Assembly: GCF_009914755.1 (NCBI RefSeq) | Contig: NC_060931.1 | Length of the DNA stretch: 64,000 nt | From: the human T2T-CHM13v2.0 reference genome, Homo sapiens | Direction: 5' to 3' (one strand) | Shown here: in pieces, positions 1 to 17,238 of the stretch | Numbering within the stretch: position 1 is the stretch's first letter | Layout: every line of letters begins with the position of its first letter | Notes under the pieces: generated by a model | The model's database searches: none | Told to the model about the DNA's origin: nothing | What the model saw: only the letters and a program-made list of their open reading frames with translations | Translations under genes and position numbers: made by a program

Positions 1-140
1 GCTTTCCTTTCTGCCGTGATTGTAAGTTTCCTTAGGACTCCCCAGTTATGTGGAACAGTGAGTCAATTAAACTTTCTTTGTTTATAAATTACCCAATCTC
101 AGGTAGATTCTTTATAGCATTGCGAGAATGGACTAATACA
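1..140 (+). mobile_element. 3' end of a MaLR LTR (MSTA/THE1-like), cut by the window edge
   Basis: ccgtgattgtaagtttcc...gtgagtcaattaaac...tttataaattaccca...ggactaataca matches the MST/THE1 LTR 3' terminus. Confidence 0.85.
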
Positions 141-444
141 GAATCTGTAATAAACTCATGCAGTATCTGTATCTCAGATTGTATCTGAGATTACAGTCTC
201 TGCTAAAATACGTTCTTTACAGATGATCAATTTACTTAGAACATAGGCCAATAAGTGGTTATACACAGATGTCTGTTGGCCTTGAATAATAGCACTGGCC
301 ATTGTCAGAGTTGGTATTGGGGAGGTTGGTGTATAAAGAGTACGAACTTCATAGAGCAGCAATTCTCATATGCTAATATGCATATAAACTACCTGGCAGA
401 TTCTGATTCAGTAAATCTGGAGTGGAACCTATAATGTAACATTT

Positions 445-3112
<2,668 letters not shown>

Positions 3113-3344
3113 CTAACATGCTCCCAGATGATGCTAATGCTGAGACTGATCTATGGACCACACATTGAGTAGCAATATTTTAAACTTTGAATCTATAATG
3201 AAAGATGTCATAGAAAATTTCCTACTTATTTTAAAATTAAGAAGCACACTTTAGAGGAAGAAAATTTTAAAAATATATAATTATGATATCTCATTTTTAT
3301 TTTGGGTATAAATAGAAGGTATAATAGTGTAGTTCTATGATATG

Positions 3345-3790
3345 ATTAGACGAAAAAAATTCAGAAAGATGTAGATACTCCACTAACTAGTTGGATAGCC
3401 TTAGACAATTTATATAATCTCTCAGAGTTTAAGTTTTTGTAGTTATGAGAGAATAAAACTAGATTATCTCTAAAATCCATTCCAGTTTTTAAATCTATGA
3501 TTCTAGTCTCCTAGGCTTCTGAGTCTGAGAATGGAGAAGCACCTCTTATAAACCTCAGTCTTGCTTTTATATCTAACTGGAGATTTGGAATAGAGTTTCC
3601 AGGTTATTTATGAAGTTTAAATAATATTATACATATGAGTGTGGTGCTTAACAAATTGCCTTACCAATAACAAGTGCCTAACTAATGTTATTAATGTTTC
3701 CTATTGACAATATTTTTACCTACCTTAGTAAAACTGAATCTTAGAAAGTGAGTTAACTTCTTCCAGGACATACAGGTTTCTAGACATATG
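3345..3790. mobile_element. Cluster of MIR/MIR3 fragments
   Basis: ccactaactag...ccttagacaa...actagattatctctaaaatccattccag...ctatgattct (MIR3-like, +), followed by further degraded MIR core pieces. Confidence 0.55.
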
Positions 3791-4289
3791 CTGAATCACT
3801 GTATAATAACAAAATACCTATGTAATTGATAATATATTAGAAATATACCTTTAAATAAAGCCAGTAATTATAATGAAATAAGAAAAATACCAAGGAAGAA
3901 AAAAATGCTTGTCTCTCTATGTTCAAGCTGGTAAAATTCCATCAAAATCAAGCTAATCTCAATTACCCAAATACTCTGTCCTCTTGTTTGATAGTCTATG
4001 TGTGCATACTCCTTTTTATTCTAATATAATAGTGAAAATATTAAGCTTACCGATATGTAAATAGCCCCCAATTATATTGTGTGATGTCATGTTTGTAAAG
4101 CACACATTCATTTACTAAAATTATTCATTGTTTATTATTTATAGCTATTATTTCTACTAATAAAAAGCATTTCCACACATGAGCAAATGTATCAAAAAAA
4201 GTCTAAGAAGATGATCAGATTGATCAGTGTACTCTATGCCCTTCTTAATAGTAACTGAGTGTGATTTTTTACATTGCATACTGCCAGAA

Positions 4290-4810
4290 ATCACCACATG
4301 TAGCATGGCAGATGGCTGCCAATAGTCTTGTTATCCTTTCATAAATTATGTGGCATTTATGCCATTAGGGTGATTTTTCAGTTTAGAAAAGACAACTAAG
4401 GGTCAGTCTTTTCTATGATAATGGACTCACAAGGGACCTCAAAACTTTACCATGAACATATTTTATATCTTAAGTTATCTTCCAGAGACTTTGAATGTTT
4501 GAAGCTGGTTGAGGTCGGGAAGTCAGGACAGAAGAGGGAGTAGAGCACACCTGCTCTAAGTATAGGCATTTCAACGTTCAGAGGAAATTAGTGTGGCGTG
4601 GAGGGGCACCAGGGGTGGTAGAGAGTTCATGCTGTGCTCTCTCGAGGTTGGATTCTACAGAAGCTCAGCGTTGGTGTGATTGTTGGTTAGTCTGGTGTGG
4701 TTTGGTTTGGTTCTTTAGTAGGTGGGGCCCCCTAAGAACCTGAGTAATGTCCCCATGCACTAGTTCTGTAAACGCGGAAGCAGGTGGTGGCAGTTAAGTG
4801 ACTCACACTC
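4290..4810. promoter_or_regulatory. Candidate haematopoietic-type enhancer or alternative promoter in unique DNA
   Basis: RUNX (4293-4298, 4696-4703), GATA (4416, 4475), E-box (4309, 4548, 4781), ETS (4581, 4774-4781), MYB-like CAGTTA (4791-4796), AP-1 TGACTCA (4799-4805); locally higher GC/CpG. Confidence 0.5.
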
Positions 4811-6954
4811 ATTTAGGCTCTAAGCCGGCCCTCTCATTCAATATCCAGCAATTCGATTTCTACTGTTGGGTTTACGTTGCTTTGCTAGTCTGGGGCCTGC
4901 TTCGAAGTGTCAAAATAGCAGTGCCATTGTTCGTGGTGAATTTCCAGCAAAAGAAACAGACAGAATGTTTTAGCACCAAGTTGTGTGATTTGAGATTAAA
5001 ATGCTCTGCATGGCTATTCCTCATGATGGCACTTTTGAGTGATTACTACAAGAAAAACGAACTGTTAAAATTTGAAAAGGGGAAAATGTTGGATACAGCT
5101 CAAATGATCCATATCAACTACTCAGTTATTCACCTGTGTTAGGTATTTCCCAACTTTTCTTGGGGTATCCTTTATAGAGTAGCCTTTGTCAAGTCTCATA
5201 AAAACAGAACTAATATACTTCCACAGTATGCAGTATTAATTTTATATTTCGATTTGCTCTGAAACTTTGTTCTCTCTTGAGACTAACAAGTAAATCATAA
5301 AGTGAATATTTTTCAATGTCGAAGTTGTTCTGAAAGTATAATTTTAAAAGTTCTTTCGGGCCATAATATATGCCTTTGGAGAAGTTAATATATTATTGAA
5401 ATATCTACTTATTTCATCTGCCACATGAAAATAGGACTGTTTCATCTGTCCTTAAAAGCAAGGTGGAATATTTGCTTCTTTTGAAATGTCTGTGGCATTT
5501 TTTTTCTTTTGCATATTCTGCAACACAAAGAAATATTTAGGACTTGAAAGAAGAAGGTGAGCTGCTTGATTACGCTGTACTAGCAAACTGTGAATTTATG
5601 TTATTTACAAATTATAATTAAAAGCCTAAGAAGAAAATGCATGCATTATTTTATTTAAAGAAAAGCCTCTGCATAAAAACACTCATGGAAGAGTTATTTT
5701 CAATTTAAAAAATAGATGATTATGTGTACCATAAAATAGATGATTTCATGTACCATAAACTACTATAGTAATTTGCCAAGAGATAAGACCAAGGTTAATT
5801 TTTTTTCAAAATTAACTTTTAATTACAATTTAAATTAAATCACTTTAAGTAAAATCATAATTTAAAATTATTCTTTTAATCAAAAGGTTTTTATTTTAAA
5901 AATAAACATGTAGAAAAGAATTATATATACTTAATATTTAATTCTTTAAAAGTTTACTGAAAGGTCATCTAGTTACTTCTTAATGAGCACCATATTTAAA
6001 TATATTTATAATGAGGTTTGGGTTTTTTTATTCTTTTCAAATTAGGTTTAAATATTTTTCAGTTAAATTTGGTTTTTGCAAACTATATTCCTTGCACATC
6101 ATGAGGCTAAAGCCAGATATGTGACATAATATAAGAAAAGCATCCTAAGAGAGAAAACATTCTCAAGCTCTAAAACTATAAAACTTTAAGTATAAATTGA
6201 TGATAAATGTCACATTGTTATTTTAACATTTTTTGTCTGGGAATTCTATGAAGAAGTAGGTGCAAAATGTTACTATGTGGAAAATGTAATGTACTTTGTG
6301 CATTGAATTTTAAAATGACATGGAAGGTCTGAAGAACACAGAAAGGTTGACAGCTCACCACAGATTTATTAAGTATATTCAGGTTTTTATCTCAAGATTT
6401 TTTTAATTACTTGAGTGTTGGTATTGATAAATTTGTTGTTGTTATTACTGAGAACTTAATATGTTACTATGTAGATTTCCTAAGTTCTCTTTCAATATTA
6501 CTACTGAATTTGTAAATGATAAGTGATCATGAAATAAACTTATATGTTGAACAATATAGACCATATCATTCACAAGTATTAGGGACATTTCATTATGGGT
6601 AAGAAATATAACCTTTGGACGTGTAGACCTTGTAGTCCATTTCAGTTTGACTAATCAACATGTTCAGTTTATAACATGTTTGATCCTCTATATCTCTAAG
6701 AATATATGTGTTTTTGTGTGTGTACATATGTGTGTGTGTAGGCAGATTTTATTTAGTTGATATCATGGGGAAATCTGTTGCTCACATAGTTGACATTTCT
6801 TTATAAATGCAACTCACCTCATCAAAATGACATACCAAAAGAACTTTAAGAAACACATTTGTAAATGGCTTACATATTCTATGCTTTCTTAACCCAACCA
6901 CAGTGTAAAAATAATTCTGAGTACTTTGGAACATAACCACAAACACTTATCAAA

Positions 6955-7368
6955 TATATGCTCCCCAGTTTGCAATTGGGTCCCTATAAATCCACTGTAA
7001 GTTGAAAATATAGTTAAGTCGAAAATGCATTGAATACAGCTAGCCTACAGAACAGCATAGCTAAGCCTCACCTACCTTAAACATGCTCAGAACACTGACA
7101 TTAGCTTAAAACAAGGCAAAATCATCTGGCAGCATGATCCACTATAGTGTATTGGTTGTTAACCCTCGTGATTGCGTGGGTGACTGGGAGCTTTGACCCA
7201 CTTCTTCCTCCCAGCATGTGAGAAATTATGATAACACAGACTGCAAGCACAGAAAGAGATCAAAATTCAAAATTTGGAGTACAGTTTCTACCGAATGAGT
7301 ATTGCTTTCACACCATTGTAAAGTCAAAATATCATAAGTTGAACCCTTGTAAGTTAGGGGTCATTTTT
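6955..7368 (+). mobile_element. MER47B (TcMar-Tigger MITE)
   Basis: gtaagttgaaaata...gtcgaaaatgcatt...ctaccttaaacatgctcagaacact...ggttgttaaccctcgtgattgcgtgggtgactgggagc...gatcaaaattcaaaatt...ttgtaagttagggg. Confidence 0.85.
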
Positions 7369-8805
7369 ATGCTATTTTAATTATGATTGCAATGACCAAT
7401 CAGGTCTGTGGAGCTGTTTTTTCCCACCACAAAATGGCTTAAGAGTGCTGTATTTTGCTATCTTTTCTTATTGATATTAGAATAACTTTTTGACTGTTGA
7501 CACTTAAATTTAAAAGGGTTTCTAAAAATCAATGAGAAAGATTATGGAAGATGTGTTTGTATTAGAAGATGTAGCAAACTTCCATTTGAACAAAACTCTG
7601 CCCACCTTAAGAGTTTCTTCTGTGTTTATGATTAATTTGCTTCAAGATTTCTGTTTGTGGCTGTTGAGTTATCATTCTTTTTTTTTCTCAGTGTGCTCAT
7701 TCCTTCATTCAGTCAGTTATTTTAAAAAATATTAATTTGTTGCACAAATGTAATATGTCTTTGTATAAGACAGACCTAAATTCAACTAAGGGACCCTATT
7801 TAAGAAGTTTGTGGAAATAGAAGTGTTTTTAAGGTCCATAAACATCAGTTTTCTCATTTGTAAAATAATTGGGGCAATAATACATGCTTGAGTTCATAGA
7901 AAGTACATAGCACAGTGAATAGCACAATTTGGGGGGTATTTAACAAATGTCAGTCATCTTTGCATTATCTTTGTATGAAATTAACATGTAATTCATAAGC
8001 AGTTTTAGGTATCTAGCATTTCCATTAGCTCCAGCGTCCAGTCAAAGCCCTCTGTTGGAATATCTTTGCAGCTACAGGAGTCTGACTTGATCAAATGTAA
8101 CACTTTCATACCTGTGTCCCTCCCACCCTTTCATTTGCTTGACTGGCTTCTTTGTATCAGACTATGACTCAATGGATTTTTCCTTTTCTATTGCTGAAGA
8201 AAGCTCCATTTCCAAAAATTCCATTCAACAATTCACTACAGCAGACGACTTATAAAAGAGAAAATGAGATATCATCCTGTGTTTTCAAGAGTAGATAAAG
8301 AAGTAGTAGGGTTCTTGCACAGTCCCAGGGTTGATGGCAGAGTCTTCTTCCTGTTCAATGTCTCAAGTTTCATCTGTCCATCTCCTATTCATGCACACTG
8401 ATGCCATCCTCTGCCATGCTCCCTCATCACACTTTTGCCACACGTGTCTGTCCTGAGGCATCTAATGTCTGTGGCAAGTAAAGTCTCAGAACCATACCAT
8501 GAAGATCTATGGTGAATGAAATAATTAGGTAGATACTAAGACAGAGCATTTAAAATATATTCTCATATATTAATTCTCATTCTTAGCCATTAAAATATTT
8601 GTACTTCAAGTGTTCGGCTTGAGGTTGAAAAATCTGAAGGACTGACAGCATCTCTCATTATTTCTTTTGGGTAGTTAATAAATGCTTGGATTTCAGTTCT
8701 TGATAGGGACAAACGATATTTTGTTGATAATGGATCTTCACTTAAATCCCATCATGCAATTTACTCTCTACATCACAAACAACCATGCGAAGAAAGAAAA
8801 AGAAT

Positions 8806-9537
8806 CAGTGATTTTTCTCTTCCCTCTAAGGAAGAGATTTTCATAGCGGAAACAAAGGGAATATTTTGGAAATTTACTGTGGTGATTTTCTGGATTATTA
8901 TGAAGGGGGTGGTGGCTGTTGACATTTAGAGGGCGAAAATCGGAACCACTAGAACATCTTGCAATCTGCACGTCTGGCCTACCCTACAAAGAATTTCCCA
9001 CCACCCAGTGACTGTAGGTTTGTGCAATTGCAAAATCTCTTTACAAATTTCTGAATCTGGAAACAAACTCAAATTTGTATGTAGATACAAAGTATATTGC
9101 ATAGTTTTAATGTGCACTAATTTTCTAAATATAACTACAGTGTCAGTGGAGGAAACGTACTTTGCTCAGGTCACAACTGTTTTCACCATTTCAGAAAGTC
9201 ACAGATACCAATGCTGCTCATGGTGTCTAAGTGGCACAAAGGGCACCTGTGTGTCAGCCTACATTTGTCGTTGTTATATTGAAGGTGATTCTAGGTGTGA
9301 GTAAAACATCTGACTACTTGATTATGTCTTCTAATGTGGTGGTGCTTGAATGTTTACATATCAATATATTATTCGTGTAGATCACTATCCTTTTATTGCA
9401 TTGAAACAATGTTTAAATTTTGTGTGTAGATAGACTGTATTTTTTATGGATTTACTTCAGGCTGAGGGACAGATTGTTCTGGTAGCCATTTGTTACTTGG
9501 TTGTCAAGAAGCAAGCTAGGTTGATGGTGAAACACTA
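8806..9537 (+). mobile_element. MER20B (hAT-Charlie)
   Basis: Begins cagtg; collinear diagnostic blocks acaaagtat..tgcatagttttaat, ttcaccatttcagaaagtcac, catctgactacttgattatgtcttcta. Confidence 0.75.
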
Positions 9538-11788
9538 TAAGAAATATAGTTTTCATTTTCTTTAACATTTGTATATAAGTGTTCTATATTTAAATAACAA
9601 TTACATAATTAAAAGTTTTAGATTCACTTGTGAATTATTTATTAATTGTAAGATTGTACCTTTCAAGAAAACTCAACCTTATTTTTTCCTACTTTAGGTG
9701 GTTTTCTTTTCAAGCATTAAAAATAATGTTATTGAGTTCTATTGATGAAGTTAAAAATCTGATTTCCTTTTATTTTATAATTCATTAGGCATTATTACAT
9801 TTTCACTAAAGTTGCAACTTGAAAATTCCTGTAAGACACGCATCATTCCATATAAGAAAAATGTAAAATTCAAATATTGTGCAACTCAAGGTAAATTTAC
9901 AAAATAAATTTAGTAAGCATTATTAAAGACTCATAGCCTTTAGGTTACTAATATTTAATATTATAGTCCACCAGGAAAGATGATCTCAAAGAGGGCTCAG
10001 TATTGATTTGCTTGTTGGTATTTCAGAGATACTGACAGCTGCTATGACTTCTGCTGTTTTTTCTTAACTTTGCCCATACTGAGTTTGCTTTGTATTTCCT
10101 TGTTATTAACCCACATCTCACCATATTGCAATTAACTTTCACAATAAGCACTCCATTGAATATATTAGAAATATTTGCAATGTGAATAGAAACTCTTAAT
10201 AAGAGCAGGCCTGCTGCTAGATGATAAGAGGTCTGCATGAATTAGAAAAAGTTGCCCTTCCATATCCTGAACAGATGTAGCCCCAAAGTTCAGGGGTTAG
10301 TGAAGAGAGGGCTTCTTTCTTCACTCCCCTCATTCTTTTCCTCTGGGGAGACACTGTCTTTCACAACTTCGTGGACAGCATGTGGACTAAATTTCAGACA
10401 GACACTTGCCCCTTCAGTGGGGCATCTTTGTGCAAGGTACAAACTTTATACACAGGCATGATGATCCCTAACACAAATGTGTCTATGAAAGAAAAGAGAA
10501 AAATAAAGAACACCCAAGTTTTCATGAAAGAGCAGTTATACAGGAATGAAAGAAGCTTTCTAACAAGAAGGAAACAGTTGAGAGGGAGGAATTAAAGATA
10601 GAAAAATCTATTGATAGCCAATCTAATTTCCCTGTTTTTAAAATTCAAGGGTGATTCACTCTACCACTTATGAGCAGAAAACAAACCTTAGAAATAGATT
10701 ACATGATTACGATCTATGTAAACTTTCACTTCGTATTACCCTAATTGGGTTCTCTTCTAATTCTGTGTAAAATAATACATCTTTTGGTTTATGGTAAGAG
10801 AGAGCCATCCTACTATGACTGCCAAATTTTGATTATTCCCAAATTGAGAGACAGGAAGGAAAGTGTTTACATTTATCATATTGTAAAATTTGAAATATGT
10901 ATTTATAGCCCATTTTAGAAATGTTTCAATGTAAGAAAATGACTTTTAAAAAGAAGTCCAATGTCTAGAAAGGCATCCAGTAGTTAGTATGACTGAAGTA
11001 CATAGTTAGTTTCTTAAGAACTCTGCCTTTTTGGTATTTTTCCTTTTAGGGAATAAATAAAATCAAGCCTCTCAAATGATTTTCCAAATCCAGAGCCATG
11101 AAGTTACAGGATGATGGATTGCTAGGCTGCCATTGTTATCTGTGTCAATGGTGGTCTTGGAATCACTCTGTGTGGCTCTATGTTGTGGCCCTCTCTGCAC
11201 CTCCTAAAGAATGACTTCATTGCTGTTTGACTTTTCAAATTTCCTTCCAAATTGAAAACTCAAGACATTTTTCTTCACATTTTATTTTCTTTTTATTATG
11301 CCAGTTTAAAAGTCTTTGAAAATAAAGAACTGAAACTCACCTTCTTCTGAAGTCGCAAGTGAGCAAACAGAAATAATGGATTGGACTTTGTTAATGATAT
11401 GCCTAAAATTAGATGTTAAGTTATTAAAATTTTAGTTTTCCATGAATAAGGACAAAAACCTCATTTCTAAAACCTTGTCACATTTAAATTACGCTGTCTC
11501 ATTTGAGTCTCCAGAAAATTATGTCCAGTCTTCTGATTGTCACTCCTATAAACTTATTTTTATTTAAATGACATAACCTCCAGAAGTATAAAATGTTGAA
11601 ATTCTTTTCAGAATGACTTGCATTATAGCTTTTCCCTCCTGTGGTATTGAAATACTATGTTTCATATTAGAATGTTTTCAAATATCTACTCTCCTAAATA
11701 GATTAGTTAATGGTATTGTGTTTCCTGAAATAATCTGTGTAATGAATACGAACATTTCTACAATAAGTTTACAGTCTTCTTACTTTAG

Positions 11789-12108
<320 letters not shown>

Positions 12109-12183
12109 TAATTTACTTTCAATAAGCAAAATTACACTTTGTGTCACACTTTCCCCACACACAAGCTTTTTGTGACTTCCTAA

Positions 12184-12525
<342 letters not shown>

Positions 12526-13199
12526 TAGAAAACAAACAACAACAACAAAAAATTTCATTCCTTCCTGTTCCCAGGCTAAAATTACTCTTTTGAGTTAGTG
12601 GATGAGTGTATGTGTAAAACTCTAGCTTACTTTGCTATTGCTGAATGGGCTGTTGTTATAGCCATTGTTATTCATTGACATTTCAGGGCTGAGACTATGT
12701 CATTCTAGAACTTCGACTCATACTCTCATGTTAATTTGGTATAAAAGAAACATAATGAAGAAAGTGTATTTATCTCATTATTATTTGTTGTGTTGTTTCT
12801 TCCTGCCTCTCTAAATCCCACTTTTTTGTACAACTAATTTTTTCTTTCATCAACTTTTCTATTAACAGCTTTTGACTTTATAACTGCAGCTAAATGGATG
12901 ATAAAACAAAATAAGGTGTGACACAAAGAATGAAACAGTGAATGGAAGGGCTTAGGTATAATGGAAGGAAATGTCAGGAAGAAAGTCCCAGATGACTTTT
13001 CAAAACTTCAGGGTTGGCAGTAGCTCATGGTGGGAGAGATGTAACTCAGTTGATGGATTTGATGAATTTTGTCCAAACGTTGGAATTTGGACTGGTCAGA
13101 TACAACAGAAAGCCCCCAGACAGTGACTCTGCAAAATAAATATACAAAATGTGATCCTGACATTCAGAAACTCATCTTTTTCTGAGATGCTTTAGGCCA

Positions 13200-13517
13200 T
13201 TTTTCGTGATTGAAAGAAAGCGACAACAGCTCTATCCCCCGTGTCCATGATCAGAGAAAGAGAAAGAATGAAGATTCAAGGGCCGAAAGCGTGACCAGCT
13301 GAGTCACATTTGAAGCCTTCCTGAAAGCCTCACTCAGTGACTTCTCTTTAAACAGCTTTAGCTAGAATGATGGCACCTGGCCTCTCTTACTTCCAAATTA
13401 GACGAGAACATACTACATTTTAGCTGGGCACATTACTATCCCAAACCAAACTGGGGTGCTATTAGTAAGGAAGGAAAAGAGTAGATACTGGGCAGGCAAT
13501 TAGAAATCTTTGCAGCA
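13200..13517 (-). mobile_element. MLT1K/L-like MaLR LTR fragment (left boundary approximate)
   Basis: ttttagctgggcacatt...aaactggggtgctattagtaaggaagg...gatactgggcaggcaa matches the reverse complement of the MLT1K 5' end. Confidence 0.7.
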
Positions 13518-14939
13518 AGACATTCGGGAAAGGTATTATTTAGAAAAGTACCAAAGTCTTTTTGTGTCCTTGATGTGGATTGAATAGAGTGAGAAAAATT
13601 GCCTGTGTGCCGGTTTCCCAGTGGAGGTACATGGAGAAATAAGAATTGTTTCCTTCTGCATGGTAAGCAGCTCTCCTTGTCCAATTGTCCCCTATTACTG
13701 ACCATGGTCCCACAGCAATATAGTTCTATTTCTAGGAATGGACTAGGAAAAAAATCCCAGAGGAGAAACTCCCACACTGATTTCTACTTCTAAAATTCAA
13801 TGTATTTGTACCTCGCGTCTCTAGAAAAATTGTGTTTTAGTACATCAGCTTTTGAAGACAGCTGTACCTAAATCCAGCCATCCAAATGGGACAAAGGAAG
13901 CCGACTTTCACCTTCAGAAGCAGCCATGAGTTTGTGTCTGCTGCATTGCACTTTCAATATCTAGGACAGAATTTCATACTTATTATATAATTACAGTAAT
14001 ACAATTTGTTATTAAATAGTTGCCAAACAAAATAGAAATACAATAAAAATTTAAACCACTAACCTTTAAATGATATATTTTGTTTTAAGAATATTGTTCA
14101 GCTCAGATATCAGCAGATTAATGATGAGTACAACTAAACCCCAATCAGTTGAAAGAAATGTATAACATATCATTTTAAGATCTCTGTAGTAATTTATTTT
14201 TTAAAAGGAACTTAATATCGTGGATTTTAAATAATTGAAAATATTTTTTACACTTGGACTAAATGTTCAGATGATTTTTATTATGCAAACATCACATCTA
14301 ATTAAAGATATTTCAATATTATATTTCAAGACATTCAGTAACCATTCATTAAGGGCTGAATATTATATAGTGGGATAAACTAAGGCCATAGAATATTTAT
14401 GTCCCCAGCCATAGGAAGTTCGCCATTTATTGGAGGAGATAAACACACACATAACTGAATTTGGTTTTGATCTTCCTCTGACCTATTCTATTAATTCAAT
14501 AATGTAGGCCTAATCATTATTGATATACTTTATTCTTGTCAAGATTTGCCACATTATTTGCCTTGAAGTTATTTATTGCAAAGGGATTTGTTCTCTTTAA
14601 TGGATGGCTCTGCATTTTAGCATATGCGTTTGTCTTTGAGAAACCACCAAGACCACCAGGCTAAGACATTGAATAATTAACTTGACATAATATTTATAAA
14701 GTAGTGAGCTAGAAAGTTTTGAAAGATTCTATTAATAAAAATGGTTCATCAAATTTCGGGGGCAAATGCCTTAAACATTTATTAATAGCTAAACAATATA
14801 TGAACTTTTCCTGAGGAAGAAAACATTTCTTCCTAAGTAGTTTCTAAGTAGTAAAGTCTAATCCAGATCTTGTTATATGCACTGTAGAGTTCTTTTTTCA
14901 GAAAACAACATTGCATAGTCTATATTTCTTTTTATAGGA

Positions 14940-15150
14940 CAGGCAGCTGCGTTAGTGAATGATTCACTAATGGTGCGAAGTCTTTCTGTCAAACAAACAC
15001 ACAGTTCACTTAGTTGGGCTTCAAGTACTTTAGTTTTTTTCCTAAACAATAACTGTCTTTAAAAGAAAGAAGCTGTGTAAACATTGAATACAGACTTTAA
15101 TTTAAGACAGATGATAACCCGGAAGTGACTACTTCTCTTTATCATCAAAA
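14940..15150. promoter_or_regulatory. Candidate enhancer (E-box/GATA/ETS/FOX cluster)
   Basis: GCAGCTGC 14943-14950, TGTAAACA 15076-15083, CAGATG 15108, TGATAA 15112, CCGGAAGT 15119-15126, TTATCA 15139. Confidence 0.35.
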
Positions 15151-17012
15151 TACCGCTGAAGCCCCAGTGATTCAATTGCCAGGAATTCTTCTTTGCTTGA
15201 ATTTGATCATTCTTCTTTCTCTTTAAAATACTGTTGTTAAGCACTGGATCGGCAATGTGGCATTGTCTCTAGGGATTGAATTATGTTTAATTGGGAAGGA
15301 AGCACACTCTCTCTTGTTTTTAGTTCATAAAGTAAGAAGACTATCAATTAGTAGGCAGTGCAGCCCAATTGGAGCCACGCTGCACTACAGACAGTTTGGA
15401 GGAGATTCATAGTAACAAACAAGATTTAAAATACATGTCTTGTGAAAGGCCATTATAGGTGGATGGCTGGGTTTTTCCTGTCTTTTCATGCTGTAGCAGC
15501 ATTATATTAGAATGTGAAGGACACTCATATCCATAAAATAATGGCTTTCGTAATGCAGATGATTAAAGTAGGAAGCCTACCCACTTCTATTTTTCCCTAG
15601 GCATATACCAGGATCAAATTTCAATTAGTGACCTAGGAACTGCAGGCTCTGTATTCTGTTATCAATCCCTTTAGCCAGCTAGAATCAAAGATTCACCTGT
15701 CACTCTAGACTCTCAGTGACTCTAAGGAGGATTTAGAATAGACATCTGCTCTATCCTGTTACGTTGACTTCTTTATACTGTCTGTCTACAAAATGCATTA
15801 TGAATATACAGTGAACATTACAAATATTCTAAGGTCCATTAGGAAATTTCATTTTCTGTGGACAAGGATTTTAATGTTAAATATTGATAGTGATTTCTGC
15901 TAATTTATTGTTGATTTGCTAAACCAGGCCATTTTACGGAAAAATTTTAAATATGCCCTGTTGATCAGGAACCAATATATATATTTTTCAAAGTGTCAGA
16001 ATGGTTACCTTGAAATCATTTTTAGATATGAATTGCAGAATTCCTAGAAAGAAAATATGCTCTCTTATAGGACTGTGCTTTATCAGGAAATGGCAGGTTA
16101 TCTAGTTATATTTTAAAGATACCAAATTTGTTTAGTGCAGATTTTACTTCTATAGTGCTCACCTTGATGAGCATCACAATGATGTTCTTTTATTTTTAAA
16201 ATGATGCATTATAATCCCATTAGAGCCTTTGCCAACCAGTAAATTATTAATAAGACGATGATCATGCTAATTAAGCTACTTTATTAGATTTTGATGGATT
16301 TTGTGCCAGAAATTATGGTGGGGTCTTTGAAATATATAGAGTATTTTCTCTTAGAGCAAGTCGTCTAGCATCATTGAAAACTTTACTGAAAACTCTTCAT
16401 TACTCATAACATTGCTCGTCTGTTTCAAAATGACACGATAGTCACTTTCACAGAAACATAATAGTATGCAATTCAAATGTTTAATTTGCTGCTGCAAAAG
16501 AATTCACAATAGAATTCTCAATGTGGGGTTAATTACATAGTAATGAAAGAGTAAACCTATTGGGAAAATGCTCTAAGTAACATTGCTCTGTTTCCTACTG
16601 ATAAAGACGTGCACGCCTGATTTATTTTTTATGCTGGGAAATTCAGAAGTAAGAGAAAACCTTGAAAAGGTATGCACATGAATAATAAAGTTTTTTATCA
16701 TTTGTCAACATGATGAGAAAATGATGAACGTGGATAATTATTATATTACAAAGGCTATAATCACAAAATAGTAATGTATAAGAATATAGCATTCTATTAT
16801 ACACAGGAGAACATGATACATTAAAATCATTGATAACATAATCTAAGGAAAGACATCGCTAATCAGAACAAAAAAAGGAAGAAGTAATAGAGCAGGCACT
16901 CAAAATTGTGTCCATGTTTTCTACAAATAATCTTCACCCTCTCTGCCTATGAGTATAGTGTTATATTGCTAGGTATGTTATGTTTACTCCATATATGTCA
17001 AAGACTCCACTG

Positions 17013-17238
17013 GGGGAATTGAACAATGAGAACACTTGGACACAGGAAGGGGAACATCACACACCGGGGCCTGTTGTGGGGTGGGGGGATGGGGGAGGGA
17101 AGGCATTAGGAGATACACCTAATGTAAATGACGAGTTAATGGGTGCAGCACACCAACATGGCACATGTATACATATGTAACAAACCTGCATGTTGTGCAC
17201 ATGTACCCTAGATCTTAAAGTATAATAATAATAAAAAA
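17013..17238 (+). mobile_element. Short L1 3'UTR fragment, L1PA5-like
   Basis: gggaattgaacaatgagaacac...aatgtaaatgacgagttaatggg...cttaaagtataataataataaaaaa. Confidence 0.9.

Noticed and set aside
4798-5142. 114-aa ORF next to the motif cluster
   Set aside because: GTG start, no recognisable domain or coding bias; a length that can arise by chance.
10203-10227. CTG-N8-TGATAA (TAL1/GATA composite-like) next to palindrome AGCAGGCCTGCT
   Set aside because: Single short motif with no supporting cluster.
17078-17100. G-quadruplex-like G-runs
   Set aside because: Ordinary L1 3'UTR polypurine tract.
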